DNA of 64,000 nt from Blastocystis sp. Blastoise (lineage: Eukaryota > Protista > Bigyra: Opalinata), in contig JBBPEB010000014.1 in the NCBI GenBank assembly GCA_039096225.1, positions 1,984,001 to 2,048,000 of the forward strand, in the 5' to 3' direction. The notes under the pieces are model-generated. The model did not search any database and was not told where the DNA came from. It saw nothing but the letters and a program-made list of their open reading frames with translations. This document shows, one piece after another, positions 30,135 to 45,658 of this stretch. Each line of letters begins with the position of its first letter. Position 1 is the stretch's first letter. The position numbers and the translations under genes are program-made.

Positions 30135-32399
30135 GCTTATCGCTTTTCAAATAAAATATATCAAAGAATGAAGAAATAAGTAGTTTGCCGTTTATAAAAA
30201 AACCAAGATTTTATTTGTATTTTGACTTGCTTATAAAATAAAATCATGAATCCAAATTATTATTGAAGTCTTTCCCACATTTTTAACAATTAAATATGTA
30301 TCTTCTATATTCATGATTGAGAAGATAGAAAATTCAAAGTATATTATAATCATTTCTTAATTGTTTGTCTTATCAATCATAGGTAAAAAAGAAAAAAATA
30401 ATCAATCACGAAATGAAATTGTTAAATCAGTTTATTTTTATATCTATTCAAACAAATAATTATTTCTACAAGAATAAAGTATGAGATTGGTTAAAGTAAC
30501 TATCTATTCAGTTGATTAAACGTAATTTTATGTATCATATACATATTACAGTAGTCTTTGTTACATGAAATCACTTATTTTGTATTATTTAAAGTATTCA
30601 AATAAGAATTCAAGTCAGAAATCCCTTGTTGTTAGTCATTTTTTAGGTTATATAGAAAAAAATGTTTTCGGTTCTTCAATTAATAAATATACAAAATAAT
30701 TATGTATATGCATACTATATAAATTAATTAATTCTTACCAATACACTTTGAAGCCTTCATATTGTATTATGTATATTTATTAATAAAATTAAGAAAATTC
30801 ATATCGTTATTTGAACAGAAACAACGAATAGGCATCTTTTACGATTATATTCAAACAATAGTTTCTATTGAATTTCAGTAACCTTATAAGCCAGTATAAT
30901 GTGTACATTTTTATCTTTATTCATTTATTATTTTATTCTATGGCAAAGAATAATTGGTTTATATATGTGAATAACACCAAAAGAATTTAAATTGTCTGAA
31001 GATAATTATTATTCATGAATTATCTTATTATGATTCTCATTCTTTCTTATCTTCAATGGAATTAAAGAAACAGCTTCTAAAAATTCTTACCAATAATGAA
31101 TTATAAGTCATTATTATAACTAACTCTTTCAAAGTATGAACTCAATCATTCTATATATATATATATATATATTGTAATTTATTGTGTTATACATAAGAGT
31201 TTCTAACTTGGATTAATTTAATTATTTTAAAACTGACTTTTCTTAATGTTATCATCTATGCCAATGTTATTCTTCATATATTTTTTATGTATAACAAAAA
31301 AAAGAATTAATAAAAAGAATGAAAACTAGAATGTTGTGTCTTTTAATTCTTTAGATCATATCATTCTCACTCTCAATATAGTATAGAGAGCTTTTATATT
31401 ATATATCAAAGAAAATCAAAAGCAAACATGACAAATTTTTCCTAAACGAATCACTAGTAGGCACGAAGAAATTTGGTATTTTCTTTTCAGTCAAAAAGGT
31501 GTATTTCCCATGGGGATAACCTAATATTTTTTTTAAATTCAAAAAATGCAAAAGGTTGACTCTTTTTCACTGACTTAGAGAAATTTTTGATAAAAGTTTA
31601 ATTAATGAATTTTCATTTAGAGTCCTTTTAGACAATAAACACATAATAATGACTTAATGTGGTGTCTGAGGCATAGAAAGGCAAAAATAAGTCACTTTTA
31701 AAGGCTTTTTATAATCAGTCAATTAGGCAAGTAAGAGTTGTTGTTTGTTAATTATATACTTATGTATAGACAACTATCTGTAATGTGACAGTTATTTCTA
31801 TTATTGAAAACAAATAGACAGGAGTCGTAATTCAGTCAACTTTTTAAATATTAATTTTTGAATATTTATACAATTATACTATTGTTTACGCTATCATTTC
31901 AAGTCTGATTAGCAACTCAATGAGTTTATATAATAATATTTACCTCAAAATCAGTAAATGTGTTAGGTGACTTGTAAAATAAGAATTATCATATAAATGA
32001 GTCACATATGATATATCTAGTTTATCTGAACATAAAAAATTAAAATAAAATAAAATAAAATGATAAAAAGTGATAAATAAATTTTAATAAATTAATTAGG
32101 ATTTCTTTAAAAAAAATTCCCATAATGACACTCTAGTATGGTGCTATTTTGTTTTTTAAATAAGTTAATTAATTAATAATTATTATTCTTTGTATTCTAT
32201 ATACTGTTTATGTCGTTTATAAAAATTATGAAACAAGTAAAAATAATACATATAAGGAAAAAAGAATTCTTTAATTATTACAATTACTTATTAAAATAAT
32301 TAAATATCTATAATTCATTACAGTGTGACTCTGAATGATAAAGAAACATTATTTGCAATCACAACAATACATAAAGAAAATACATTCAGCACATTGTGA

Positions 32400-35300
32400 C
32401 ATGATTATTCTAATAATAATTCAATAAGACTTTTTATGATACATATTAGCTCTTACAGTCATATCCATAAGTATGACAAGAAATATTTGCATAGACTAGT
32501 TGTTTCTGAAATTCATGTAGAAGTGTTGATAATTATTTGAAGAATGATTGCTTTCTATGAGTGCGGAAAGTACACAAAATATGTAAGAAGCATGCAATAT
32601 GATCATTGTGTTACTTTAAAAAAAAATGGAATGAATTGAATCAACTCTTCTCAACAAATATAGTAACCAAAAATAAATTGGTTACATTCAATACAACACA
32701 CATTACTAAATATGTGCATATTTCAAATAATAAATAGATGGCAAAGAAAACAAGAATTGAGTCAAAAAATTTAAAAAAGAAAGCTGATTTTGATTTTTCT
32801 TTTGATTTGTCTTTTATATACAGAAATGTGTTCTACTATAGTTTAGAATTCATTCTTCGTAGTCTTGATTGTTGGTCTCTTTGTAATTATGAATACTCAC
32901 TAAGTCAATGAATTAAGATATCAATATTTCAAAAGTTTCTTTACTTTTTCTTGGTTGGTCAACAATTCAGATGTTAACGATATAGGAAGTTATTATTGTT
33001 ATTCACATTCCGTATATAATTATAAATTATTTTTTCTTCTTTGTTGTATTTCAGTTATACTCTTATTTTATTTATTAAATACTAACATTGTTGACTGTTT
33101 TATGTTATATTATGTTAAAGTTTTGGTTGACATTAACACATTTCTTTTGATTTTATTATTTTATCATCTTATTATTTATGAATTTATCTACTTTTGCTGT
33201 ATATAAAGTGTTTCAATGATCTTGAACAATCTCTATGATCTATACAATTTTGGTTTTTACATTGTATCAATGAATGAAAGAATTTTCAAATTATTCAATA
33301 TGTGGAACTAGTGTATTATTTTATGGAAATATACAGATTAGGAATTATGATGGTAATATGTGTTATGAAAGTATCTTATATATATACATATTGTCTATTA
33401 TATTATTAACTAGGTTTTGTTCAATCGTTCCTTATTTTAGCTGATGCTATTCATCAGTCTGTTTCAGACATTTTTATGTGAATCATAGTACTTATTATGA
33501 TTGAGCAAATATATGTATAATACATTGTTCTAGGTACACACTAATTATGTAAATACATATGTATTAATAATATAACTATTTTCTTTTTATATAGATGAGG
33601 TTGCATATAGTGGTTATGAACATTTATTTGTAAATAAACCATGGTAATTATTTCAAAATTGTGAATAAAGGATGATGAACATTTTGTAGAGTTTAATTCA
33701 ACGAAGAAAGTAATAATTATGAAATGTATATAAACATATATATAAACATATATTTATATTTTGACACATATATACATATATACATATGTATGCATTTATA
33801 TACAATTTTATATATAGTAAGTTTTATCTTCAGTTATTAGTATTAGCTATTATTGTTTATTATGAAAGTCCTTTTATTACTTGTATTGATTCTACTGATT
33901 TATTTATTTGTAATATTATATACTGCTTATATTGGTTTATTGTTTTCTTACATTTGTTGGTTCTCATGAAAATGTCTACTTAATTATGGATTTGTACCTA
34001 TTTTATATCTTCTATATTTGTACAATATATCGTATTACTGAATTTTGATAACAGTAAACTACCAGTCTTCAATCTATTATTCTATCTTTGCTACTATTTA
34101 AATAGCCAATATTCCTATTATTATTCTATTATGATATATTTATATATATACATATATTTTTTTATAAGATTAGATTTGTTTATTTATACTTCTTCTACTT
34201 CTATAACTGCCATATTATTGCTTCAACTATTCTTTAAACAATTTATTTATTATTGAGTACTTCCTTCTCTAATGGATAATAATTTTTTGTGTTTATACTA
34301 ATCATAATAATCTTCTATATCTATTATTAATTTGATGTGCCTTAATAATTGGATCATTTGTATTTTCTTTGAATGCATATGCTTTTACTCTTACTATAAC
34401 TAGTTTCTCTCGTGTGATACTTTTACTAATTCTCTTTTTATTCTTTATATTATAAAAGCCATGTAAATCCAAAACCCCTAGATATAAATTCATATCCTCG
34501 ATTTGTATTATTTGTTTTATGTTATTACTTCAACCATAATACTGTAATAAATATTTGGATAATTCCACTTATACAATGATTGACATATATATCTGATTAT
34601 TTCCAACATAACGATTAAAGTTATTTCTAAAATGGCTAACCACTCATATATTTTACTTCATTTGGCATTCTAGGATGATTTTATTGAACTATTCCTAGTA
34701 CTACACGTAATTGTTATATTAGTCCACCTACATAAAATAATACATGTTATAGCTCTATATATTTGTACTAATTATGATCAGGTAACATTCTTGTGTTGCT
34801 TTTACTACTGACACTTCTATTACTGTCGAAATATTGTTTATAAATGAATACTATTACTAGTAATAGTACTTTTTCTATCCATTTGAATATCTTTTGTTAA
34901 TCGTATTCCTACTATTCCTTTATATTCTTCTCAATGTTTTCGATAAATTACATTAATCTAATAATATTTCTGTTCTATCTACAAATTATATTTATACTAT
35001 TGCTACATGATATTTATTGGCTATAAAATACTATTACTTCTTAACCATTATTAATTATGTTATTAGTAATAATATTTACCTGATTTTATTCCAAAAAATC
35101 CTTCTAATAACATTAATGATATAATATTTAGATGTTTAATTATATCTTTCTATTACTCATTCTCTTACTATTTATATTAAACAATAAACATTCATATAGT
35201 TATCTCTATTGCCTTAATTAATATATAATTGTGTATATTCGTTTACATATGCATATATAACGTAGAAAAGATTAACTATTTCAACTTTTATTAATATAAA

Positions 35301-38300
35301 AACAATTATTTGAAATATTTTTGTTACCTAAATAAACAATATCTTCTATAGCAAATACTAATACTTCATTTTTATGTTTTAATATTATATTATAATTGGG
35401 TTATTAAAGCAAATTCTTACATAACTAGTATTACTCTTGTTATACTTCTCCTTTTTGTTTACATTTTTATTCCTATTTCATAAATTATTATTATTCTATT
35501 GATGCTCCACCATTAAAATTCATAACAGTAATGCTATATATAGAATTACCACACTACTTCTCATCATACTTGTATTATATTAATTAAATTTGAATCTTCT
35601 GAATCTCTTCTTATCCTCAGAGTATGTTATACTTGAAACATTTTTAATATTTTTCTAATTAGATAACTACTATTATTTATGTGTCATCATCATTTACTAC
35701 TACTAATTCTTCGCTTTGCATTTGTATTGTTCAACATCTACATATTTTAGTTTATTTATTAGTTTTGCTTATAATACTTAAATAGTTACTTGTTCTTTTC
35801 TTACTTATGCTTTTTTTGTTAAGATTACTGATTAATATACTTATTGATGCTACAATAATCATGCTATTATTTAAACAGAATCGATGCTTTCTTCAACATA
35901 TATATTACTAGTCTTATATATTCTTACATTCCGGTTTTTATTATTTAATTATGTATAACAGAGTAGAGATAAAACATTAAAATAAATTCAATTTAATTTC
36001 TCCTTCTTTTCCTTTTAAATTATATTTTTGTGCTATTATTCAGTATTATTGTCATTTGTATCTTATCTACATATACATTCAACAAATAATGGTACAAAAA
36101 AGGTAGTAATACATATATTTATGAGTTATTAATAAATCTTTTGCTACTATATGATATGTTAACTAATATATATGTATTTACTTTTTGTTGATGGTTCATT
36201 TTAATTCATTTTAGTAAAAAATTATATCTTTACTATATGCTATAAAAAAGGAAATATTTCAAATAAATTTATTTCTGTCTTATTGAAAAAAATTAGATTT
36301 CTTTGAATTAAAGAAATGCAACGATCGACTTTTTCTAGTTGTAAAAGAATTAGACAAAGTTAGCATTTTTCTCCTTTAGTCTATTCAAGTTGTAAAGAAA
36401 GTCAATATGATTGTTCATTATGTATAAATCATATAAAATATAAATGTAAAGTTCTTATTGTCTCTATCAATTATCTCATTAATAATATAATAATAGTATC
36501 TATAGATTTTCATTTATATACAGTTTGTATAAAAATATATTTATTATTTCTAATTATTCAATAAGAACATAATATCTGTAAAATGTTTACTGATTATTTA
36601 CATATTGATATTGTTACAGTTCTAAGAATTGTATATATATTTACAGTAGATATTAAACGATATGAGTTAATAGAATTTCTATTCCATTATAGTACTTCTT
36701 GTATTGTTTATTTGTAAATAAATTTAAGTATTTTAAATGATTATATCTTATGTCTTTTGTCCATCCTAATATTATAAAACGAAATAGATAATAAACTCAT
36801 AGGAAATACAATGAAAAGATTGCTAAAAATAGTCGTTTGAGCTTAAGAATAATCTAAACCTTTCTTATTTGTTTCATTCTTGAAAACAATATAATATGAA
36901 TAGTTTTCTATATATATATATAATCAATGCACTATGATATATTCTCCAATCCAAAAGTAGATTTTAAAAAACACAAGTTTGTGAAACACATGAAAAAAAA
37001 TTTAGACATTATGTTTTTTCATGAATAACAAAAACATATTTTGTTATTGGTAAAATACTCTGTAGCATCTGAAAATGTTGGAGATAAATAATAAATCAAA
37101 AAGAACAATACTACATTTGTTAATTTAATATAATGATTGAAAAGATGAAATTTTAAAGTTTATAAATTTATATCCGCAATAGATTTGTTTGTAGTGAATA
37201 CATATTAATGTAAACATAAGCCAAATATGGTATAGTTTGATCTGATTCTATTTGGTAGAGTGTTTCTAGTATTGTTAACAACAGTAATGTTTAACTCTGA
37301 ATCGATGACGACGATTTCATATCAGTATAAATATTGCAAAAACACTACAAAACACATAACAAAACACATAACAAAACACAAGTGTGTTTTGTTTTTAAGA
37401 CAATATCTTTAAGCAAATGATCATACAAGAAAGCAGCAATTGTTGTGAAGATTCAATTTAACTGGATACATCAATGAATAATATATTTTTGAAATACACA
37501 TATTTTATTTTACTTTTTCATGTATAATACATAGAAAATTTACATTTCAGTATTAATTTTTCTATTTGCTTATACTACATTACTGTAATAATATAGCTGT
37601 CTAAATAATTAATGAATTTCTTAATTAGTATCAACCATTTATTCTTGTATTACATTATTACACATTAAAGAAGTTGAGCGACGTCTTGAAATAGTGTCTA
37701 TTTGATTTATTTTGATGATACCTTGATTGGATATTTGATATGAAAAAAACAATTACTTGGCATTTATTGAAAGTACAATGGTATGTTTTATTGATTAGCT
37801 TATTTTCATTTTATATCATATTCTTACATTTAATAATTTTGGTTATCTTTTATTTATTATTTATTTATCTACATCTGTCTAATTAATTCATAAAATTTTT
37901 TTTATAGAATTTTGCATGATGCTTTTGTTCTTATATACAGTGTTAATGAAATAATTGTATATAATATAATAATATTTCATTCGTATTATTATTTATAATG
38001 ATATTTGTATTCATGTATATATTTTTTTAATGTTATTTAAATATAGAAACAGAATCAATTTAAAATGTTTGATATTTTTTAAGAATACAGAAATGATCTA
38101 GTTTTATAAAGATTCGTAGAATTATCTCTTTAAATTACAGTAAAAGTTTTAATGATGTATTTAATGGCTTCTATTATTACTATTGAATTTAGAACTCAAT
38201 GTTGGTTTGTCCATATTTAGGAACTGTACTTTTTATATATAATATTATATTGTTACAAATCTATCATTTGAATATCTTCAATCCATTTTTTCCCTTCATA

Positions 38301-39300
38301 AGTATGTATTTATATCTTCATAATCGACTCTTTAACTTTCTAATAGTAAAGACAAAACTTCTATATACATATATATACATATATATATTTATATATATAT
38401 ATTTATATATATATATTTATCAACATGAATAGATGTATATATAAACGAATAATAAAATCAGTATCTTCAAATTAAATTGGATAGAAATAAAACGTATATA
38501 TATTATATATATGTTATATATAAATATTAGTATTAATGTATCGTTTATATATCCATAGTATACGTTTTCTCAGTCTTCGTAATAAATACTAATGTTACAC
38601 ATCAATGCTACAATATTGCTTAATAATATTGAAAATCACTTACTATTATATATTCTTATAAATATATAAAAACGACTTCTTCTACCGTGAATGCTACCTT
38701 TCTATATTTCTATTACTCTTCAATTTCTGTTATACATTCCCTGAAAACTAGTCATGATTTCCAGACTCGTACAATGTGGTAGTATATATATCAATATATA
38801 TTATTGTGTTATTTTAAAAATTATTCTTTTATATATAGAATTTAGTATATTAATGTAATCGTTGTTGTTTTGCCAAATCTCTGTCGTTATATTAAGATCT
38901 AATGGTATCTATTGTTTATTTTCTTATACATGTTATTATCTATTATCCATTCTTTCTATTAGAACACATTATATATTTGATTTACGGTTTTTCTTGAGTA
39001 TGCTGTTGTCTTTAGATTTTTCATTTATATTGGTAACTCTTTAAACTATTACTGATATACAGTTCTTTATGACTACTTCATTAGGTAATATATACTATTG
39101 CTATTCAAACATATTGAGTTACATTTGAAGATCAATATAACTATGTTGAGTCAATCATTCATATGATATTGAGAGATTCGTGTTCTATTATTATGAATAG
39201 TCTGTCAAAAAGTGATGAGATAAATTAGTATCCGATATCTTATGTCTAAGAATATAAAAGAAAACGGTTAAAAGGAACCAGCAAATCCTACCAAAAACTA
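32400..39300. pseudogene. Decayed coding-like cargo inside the CACTA element (several degenerate genes or TE relics)
   Basis: Exon/intron-like alternation on + (~32400-33720 and ~37000-39300) and a minus-strand purine-biased block (~33800-36200). All frames are heavily interrupted. Confidence 0.35.
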
Positions 39301-39446
39301 AAAAAGAAATGTACATATATATATTTATAACGTAATATTTCATCAAGTTTTATATAAATATATTTTCTAGCATGTATGTTAGTAATAATGTAATAATTAT
39401 GTTTTCATGTTCATTATTATTTTCTTATATCTTATACTTTATAATG

Positions 39447-41396
39447 CCTTATACATTATACCTTATACATTATACAAAATATCTTCTCGTACCTTATACC
39501 TTATTATACCTTCTTATACCTTCTTATACCTATTTATACCTTCTTATACCTTCTAATAACGTATAATACATTATACCCTATAACTTCTTATACCTTATAC
39601 CTACTTATATCTTATACCTACTTATATCTTATACCTACTTATACCTTATACCTACTTATACCTTATACCTACTTATACCTTATACCTACTTATATCTTAT
39701 ACCTTATTATACCTACTTATACCTTATTATACCTTATTATACCTTATTATACCTACTTATACCTACTTATACCTACTTATACCTACTTATACCTACTTAT
39801 ATCTTATACCTTATTATACCTACTTATACCTACTTATACCTATTTATACCTTATACCTATTTATACCTTCTTATACCCACTTATACCTTATACCTACTTA
39901 TACCTTATACCTACTTATATCTTATACCTTATTATACCTACATATACCTTATTATACCTTATACCTACTTATACCTATTAATACCTACTTATACCTATTA
40001 ATACCTACATATACCTTATTATACCTTATACCTACTTATACCTACTTATACCTACTTATACCTTCTTATACCCACTTATACCTTATACCTACTTATACCT
40101 ACTTATACCTACTTATACCTATTAATACCTACTTATACCTACTTATACCTATAAATACCTACTTATACCTACTTATACCTATAAATACCTACTTATACCT
40201 ACTTATACCTACTTATACCTACTTATACCTACTTATACCTACTTATACCTACTTATACCTACTTATACCTATTTATACCTATTTATACCTTATACCTACT
40301 TATACCTACTTATACCTATTAATACCTATTAATACCTACATATACCTACATATACCTACTTATACCTACTTATATTTTATTATACCTACTTATACCTACT
40401 TATACCTACTAATACCTACTTATACCTACTTATACCTATTTATACCTACTTATACCTTATACCTACTTATACCTACTAATACCTACTTATACCTACTTAT
40501 ATCTTCTTATACCTACTTATACCTACTAATACCTACTTATACCTACTAATACCTACTTATACCTACTTATACCTACTTATACCTTCTTATACCTACTTAT
40601 ACCTTATACCTACTTATACCTACTAATACCTACTTATACCTACTAATACCTACTTATACCTAATAATACCTACTTATACCTAATAATACCTTCTTATACC
40701 TACTTATACCTACTTATACCTACTTATACCTTATTATACCCACTTATACCTTATACCTACTAATACCTTCTTATACCCACTTATATCTTCTTATACCTAC
40801 TTATACCTACTAATACCTACTTATACCTACTAATACCTACTTATACCTATTTATACCTTATACCTACTTATACCTTCTTATACCTACTTATACCTACTTA
40901 TACCTTCTTATACCTACTTATACCTACTTATACCTACTTATACCTACTTATACCTTCTTATACCTTATACCTACTTATACCTACTTATACCTACTTATAC
41001 CTACTTATACCTACTTATACCTATTAATACCTACTTATACCTACTTATACCTACATATACCTACTTATACCTACATATACCTACTTATACCTACTTATAT
41101 CTTATTATACCTACTTATACCTACTAATACCTACTAATACCTACTAATACCTACTTATACCTTCTTATACCTTATACCTAATAATACCTACTTATACCTT
41201 ATACCTAATAATACCTACTTATACCTTATACCTACTTATACCTACTTATACCTTATACCTACTTATACCTAATAATACCTACTTATACCTACTTATACCT
41301 TATAATATCTACTTATACCTTATAATATCTACTTATACCTTATAATATCTACTTATACCTTATAATATCTACTTATACCTTATAACATCTACTTAT
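39447..41396. repeat. ~1.95-kb satellite of a 10-bp unit TTATACCTAC with 7/10/17-bp variants and a terminal 20-bp unit x5
   Basis: Read directly. No G on the + strand from 39562 to ~41412. The array ends with (acttataccttataayatct)5 at 41291-41390. Confidence 0.97.
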
Positions 41397-41613
41397 TTTA
41401 TAACAAAACAAAGAATGTAAATAAAGAAATACAATTTTTTAATATAACAGGAATAGACTATTATATAAATTAGAAAGTTATAATAAACATTGAAACATAA
41501 TTAAAAAAATTTAGTTATTATCATCTTCATATAAAATTGCTTTGTATGGTATAAAAACAGATACAATATATGAATCTTTTCTATTTATCTTCTTCAAAGT
41601 TGAGTTGTTGTTA

Positions 41614-44600
41614 TTATTCTCTCCTATCTATAGAAATTATATATATATTGAAATACAATAGATTACTTACATATTCACCGTTGATATCATTAGTTATTTC
41701 TTTCGATATACCGAAATCTACACATATAATATTAAATGGTTTCATTGAGTCTAAAAGAAAGTATTCGTAATCTGTCTCTAGTTGGGATGTAATTGTTTTA
41801 GAACGATTAATAAAGTATGCATATAGTCTTGATTGACTGTAGTTTGAAACAGGATACTTATGCAACTTTAATATTAATACGTCTTCTATTTGTATGAAAG
41901 ATAGTATACTATACAAAAAAGGATGCATTACAAAGTCTCCAGAATCAGACTGGATTGGGGAGATTCTTAATATATATGAATTATTTTTGGCTCCTTCTGT
42001 TAATCCTTTATATACTCTGAATAGAATATTATTATTCACTATAACAGAATCATAACAATATTTTCTCAGTAATTTAAATTTATCAAGCAATTTGGTTTGG
42101 ATATCTATGTTATTTCTTATTATCTCTTCTCTTCTATAAGGAGTGTCTGACTCATGAAATACTTCCGAAAAAAGCTTGGATTGAATTAAAGAAGAGCATT
42201 TAGAAGATAATAATAATATTATTGCAAGTTTATCTCTGTCTATGATATTTGGCAGAGAGTGGCTTTCTTTACCCTTAAATGATTTTATTTCTGGATTATC
42301 TTTAATTAGAATCTCTTTATGTTGTAAGGATGTAAATCTACCGTCATTTGTATTGTTATCAGCAGTAGTAGAAGATATCTGAGGTGCTATATGTATCTGT
42401 ATTGATTCTTGATCCTGAACTTTGATTATTACTGACTCATTAAACGATTTTGTTCCTTTAGTTATTCTCTTGATATTACGATATGATCTTTCTGCTTCCC
42501 AAGTCGAAGTATAGAAAAGAGAACCACAGTCCCTGATACATGACGCTAAATGCTTTATACTATGAATTTGAGTTGTTATTAAAGCAGAAGGTAGAATAGA
42601 TTCAATTATGGATACGAATTGAATACATTTCTTCTCAAAAGTGAGTAGATTATCCTTTTCTGTTATTGGATTAATTCTCATTATATCACTAATAAGAGAA
42701 CCAAATATTTCTATTATTAGTATTAAAGGTGAATCTTCATAAGTAAAATCAGATAGAAGGATAGGAAATACTGTTGAAAAAAGAAGAATACGTGTATGTG
42801 ATGTTGATGAATAGAAGTTCAAGTCATTTAGAATAGATATAAGTTGATACATATCAGTATCATATAATATATTCATATCTTTTATTCTTTCCATAATAAT
42901 CTTCTTGTTTTCCTCATTTAGCGATATTCTTGTAATGAAGTCTTGCATTTCATTTTGAGACATAGTATATTTTAATTTGGAATAAGCGTTTGTCTTTGGA
43001 TAATTCCATAGGTACTCCATGAGTGATGTAGCTACATTATTTATTAAGTGCATTGGATCAAGGGAACATGATTGAAGTATATTGAAGTATGTAAGTTTAC
43101 TGAATCCTAGATTTCTTTCTTCTGGACTCACTTCATTTGTTCCAGGTATTATTGAAGAAGATGATTCAGATGAACGAAGAACAGGACTATATAATGTTAA
43201 CGAGTCACTATATATGCTTGATGAAGGAATCTCTAATGGTGATGATAAGGATACACACATATTTGCATCAATATTTGATTCATCGATGTAATCTACTATA
43301 ATGTTGTTTGTATTCATAGGATCATTTGGACAATAAGTTGGTATAAAAAATGTTGTTATTCCTTCATCTGAAATTCTGAATTCTCGAGATTCTTCATAAC
43401 AACACTTGATTCCTTCATGAAATGCAGAATCTCTAGATCTACGTACTGTCATTCTACAAAAACGGCACGGCTGTACACTTGAAGATGAAGGTGTGTTTAC
43501 CATTTTTGAGACTGCAGGGTAATCTCCATATACATTGAGTAGAATTCCTATTACCCGTTTTGTTTCTTGAATGCTATCTATATAAATATCTAATCCTTCA
43601 TTTAAAAGTTGAAACTCGCTGCTAAGTATATCAATTAAGGGAGAGATCATATTACTCGTGGGGCATGCATAACACCATAATTTTCGATGATCATATTTCC
43701 GTTGCTGGTTATAATTAAGAAGTTTAAGAGTTATAGGATAACTGGATTTATTTTCTTCCTTTTGAGGCTTATTAAATACAGTTATCCCATCAGAAGTCAC
43801 AGAAAAAAAGAGGAAAATATCGCCTTTTTCTACAAGAGGTTGCGTATATTTATAAAATGTAGAACCATAAAAGAAATAAGGAATATCAACTAATGTATTT
43901 TGTGTTATGTCACGAGTATCCATCTCTGATGTTTGAATATAATAGTCTTCATGACTATGAAGACTTAGCAGTTGCATTATATCGTCCTTCTTGTAAAACG
44001 ATATATCTTCTAGAAGATCAGCATTAGAAAGAAGTCTTTTTATTCGTGGGATAATAGGAAGTATTGTTGTATGATACATTTCTATAGAATATAGTGAATA
44101 GTACAATTTTATTAAGTATTTATTAAGATACTTAAATATCATTATATATATATACTATCATCTGAAATATCGTTATGCTCGAAACATTTAATATCGTCGT
44201 AAGATAGGCTGTTTCTAGAAGATGTAGCATTTGTAATTTTTAAACATTCAGGACATATATAAAGTCTCAATGAAGCTGGAAAGAAGAATTGTTTAGATCT
44301 AATGCTTCTGATGTATGTTTGTGAGTCATAATTGCTATTCAGAAGTGTACTATAACTACTATCTACCAATTTGAACGTTGAATTTGTATAAACCAAAATA
44401 TCATGGAATTTTTCATATGGAAGTTCCAGCGTTACCCACAGCTTATAGGCTTCATCTTCTAATTCATCTTTAATTGATTTTGATCCATAAATCGTTGCTT
44501 TATTCTATATATATAGTAATATTTAAATAATGCATATAAGAAGTAAAAATAGCACAGTTTATAAATAAAAAGCAATAATATATAAATATAATTATTATTT

Positions 44601-44944
44601 ATATTAGAAACTAATCTAAATAAATATATTGATTACAATTCATTTTTATTTGCTCTGAAATATATAATAGTAATTTAATTATGGATATTTATATAAAGTT
44701 AGATATTTATTATGTAATAGTAATATATTCTAAATTATAATATTACAAAAAAAAAATTGCTAGAGTATTTACTATATAATACCTTATTATATAAATACGA
44801 TATATATATATAAAGGTTAAAATGAATAATATATGATATGGAAATATAAAAGCTTATTATTTATACTGCTATTTCAATAATTTGGCGAAGTATAACGCTA
44901 TTTTTGCGAATATCCTGGGCTATAGACAACATATGAAGATTCAT
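41614..44944 (-). CDS. CACTA/EnSpm (Tnp2/Transposase_21-like) DDE transposase, spliced, apparently intact
   Basis: Motifs YICPEC, ILPIIPRIKRLL, SVTSDG, VYGDYPAVSK..QPCRFC, LDPMHLI and QIHSIKHLASCIRDCGSLFYTSTWEAERSYRNIK. Intron at ~44083-44155, an upstream exon to ~44505, and a putative first exon 44944-44867 (start uncertain). Confidence 0.85.
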
Positions 44945-45658
44945 GTAATGAAATATAATAAAAGTTTAACTAGTATACAATATATATTGGCTATAAGATG
45001 TTAAACCAATAGATAGCTGATAATTAGTTAGTTATATATTATATAAAATGAAATAATCAATTGAGAATTTAATGAAATAAGCTTATTAATAAATTTAATT
45101 GTTTAGATATTTTTGATAATACTTTATTATACATACTTTCATTAAATGTGTTAATTAAAATGTTTATTTGATTATGGTTGCTTATGGATACATTTCTTTG
45201 AATTGATTCTAAAAATATTGAAACAGTATATAATTATAATTGATATGCAATCTGGTCAAAAAATAGATAGATATGTACTAATCACTGATGGTTTTTTATG
45301 CGCTTTAAAATGCTTTACGGTTGTCATGTTTTATGAAGTAAAGAAAATGGTATTAAGAGTCAATAATTGTTTCTTTAACATAAGTAAAAATGACAAAGGA
45401 TATTACTACAATAGCCTGCATTATGTTATATTTTTGAAAAAATAGTGATTATTTGCATATATATATTCGAACGTGGAAAACGATTATTATGAAAATAGTA
45501 TGAAAGATCCAATAATAAAAGAATCTGTTTATTTATGGCCATTATTTCCAAAAAATCACGGTTATATAGGATATTACGCAAAAATATAATTCTGTTGTGT
45601 TTTAGTTGTTTTTCTTTAACCAGTTAATTATTTTTTATTATATCAGCAGACAAAAAAA

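Noticed and set aside
39447-41396. CRISPR array or true telomere
   Set aside because: No unique spacers, eukaryotic context, and an internal position flanked by unique sequence on both sides.
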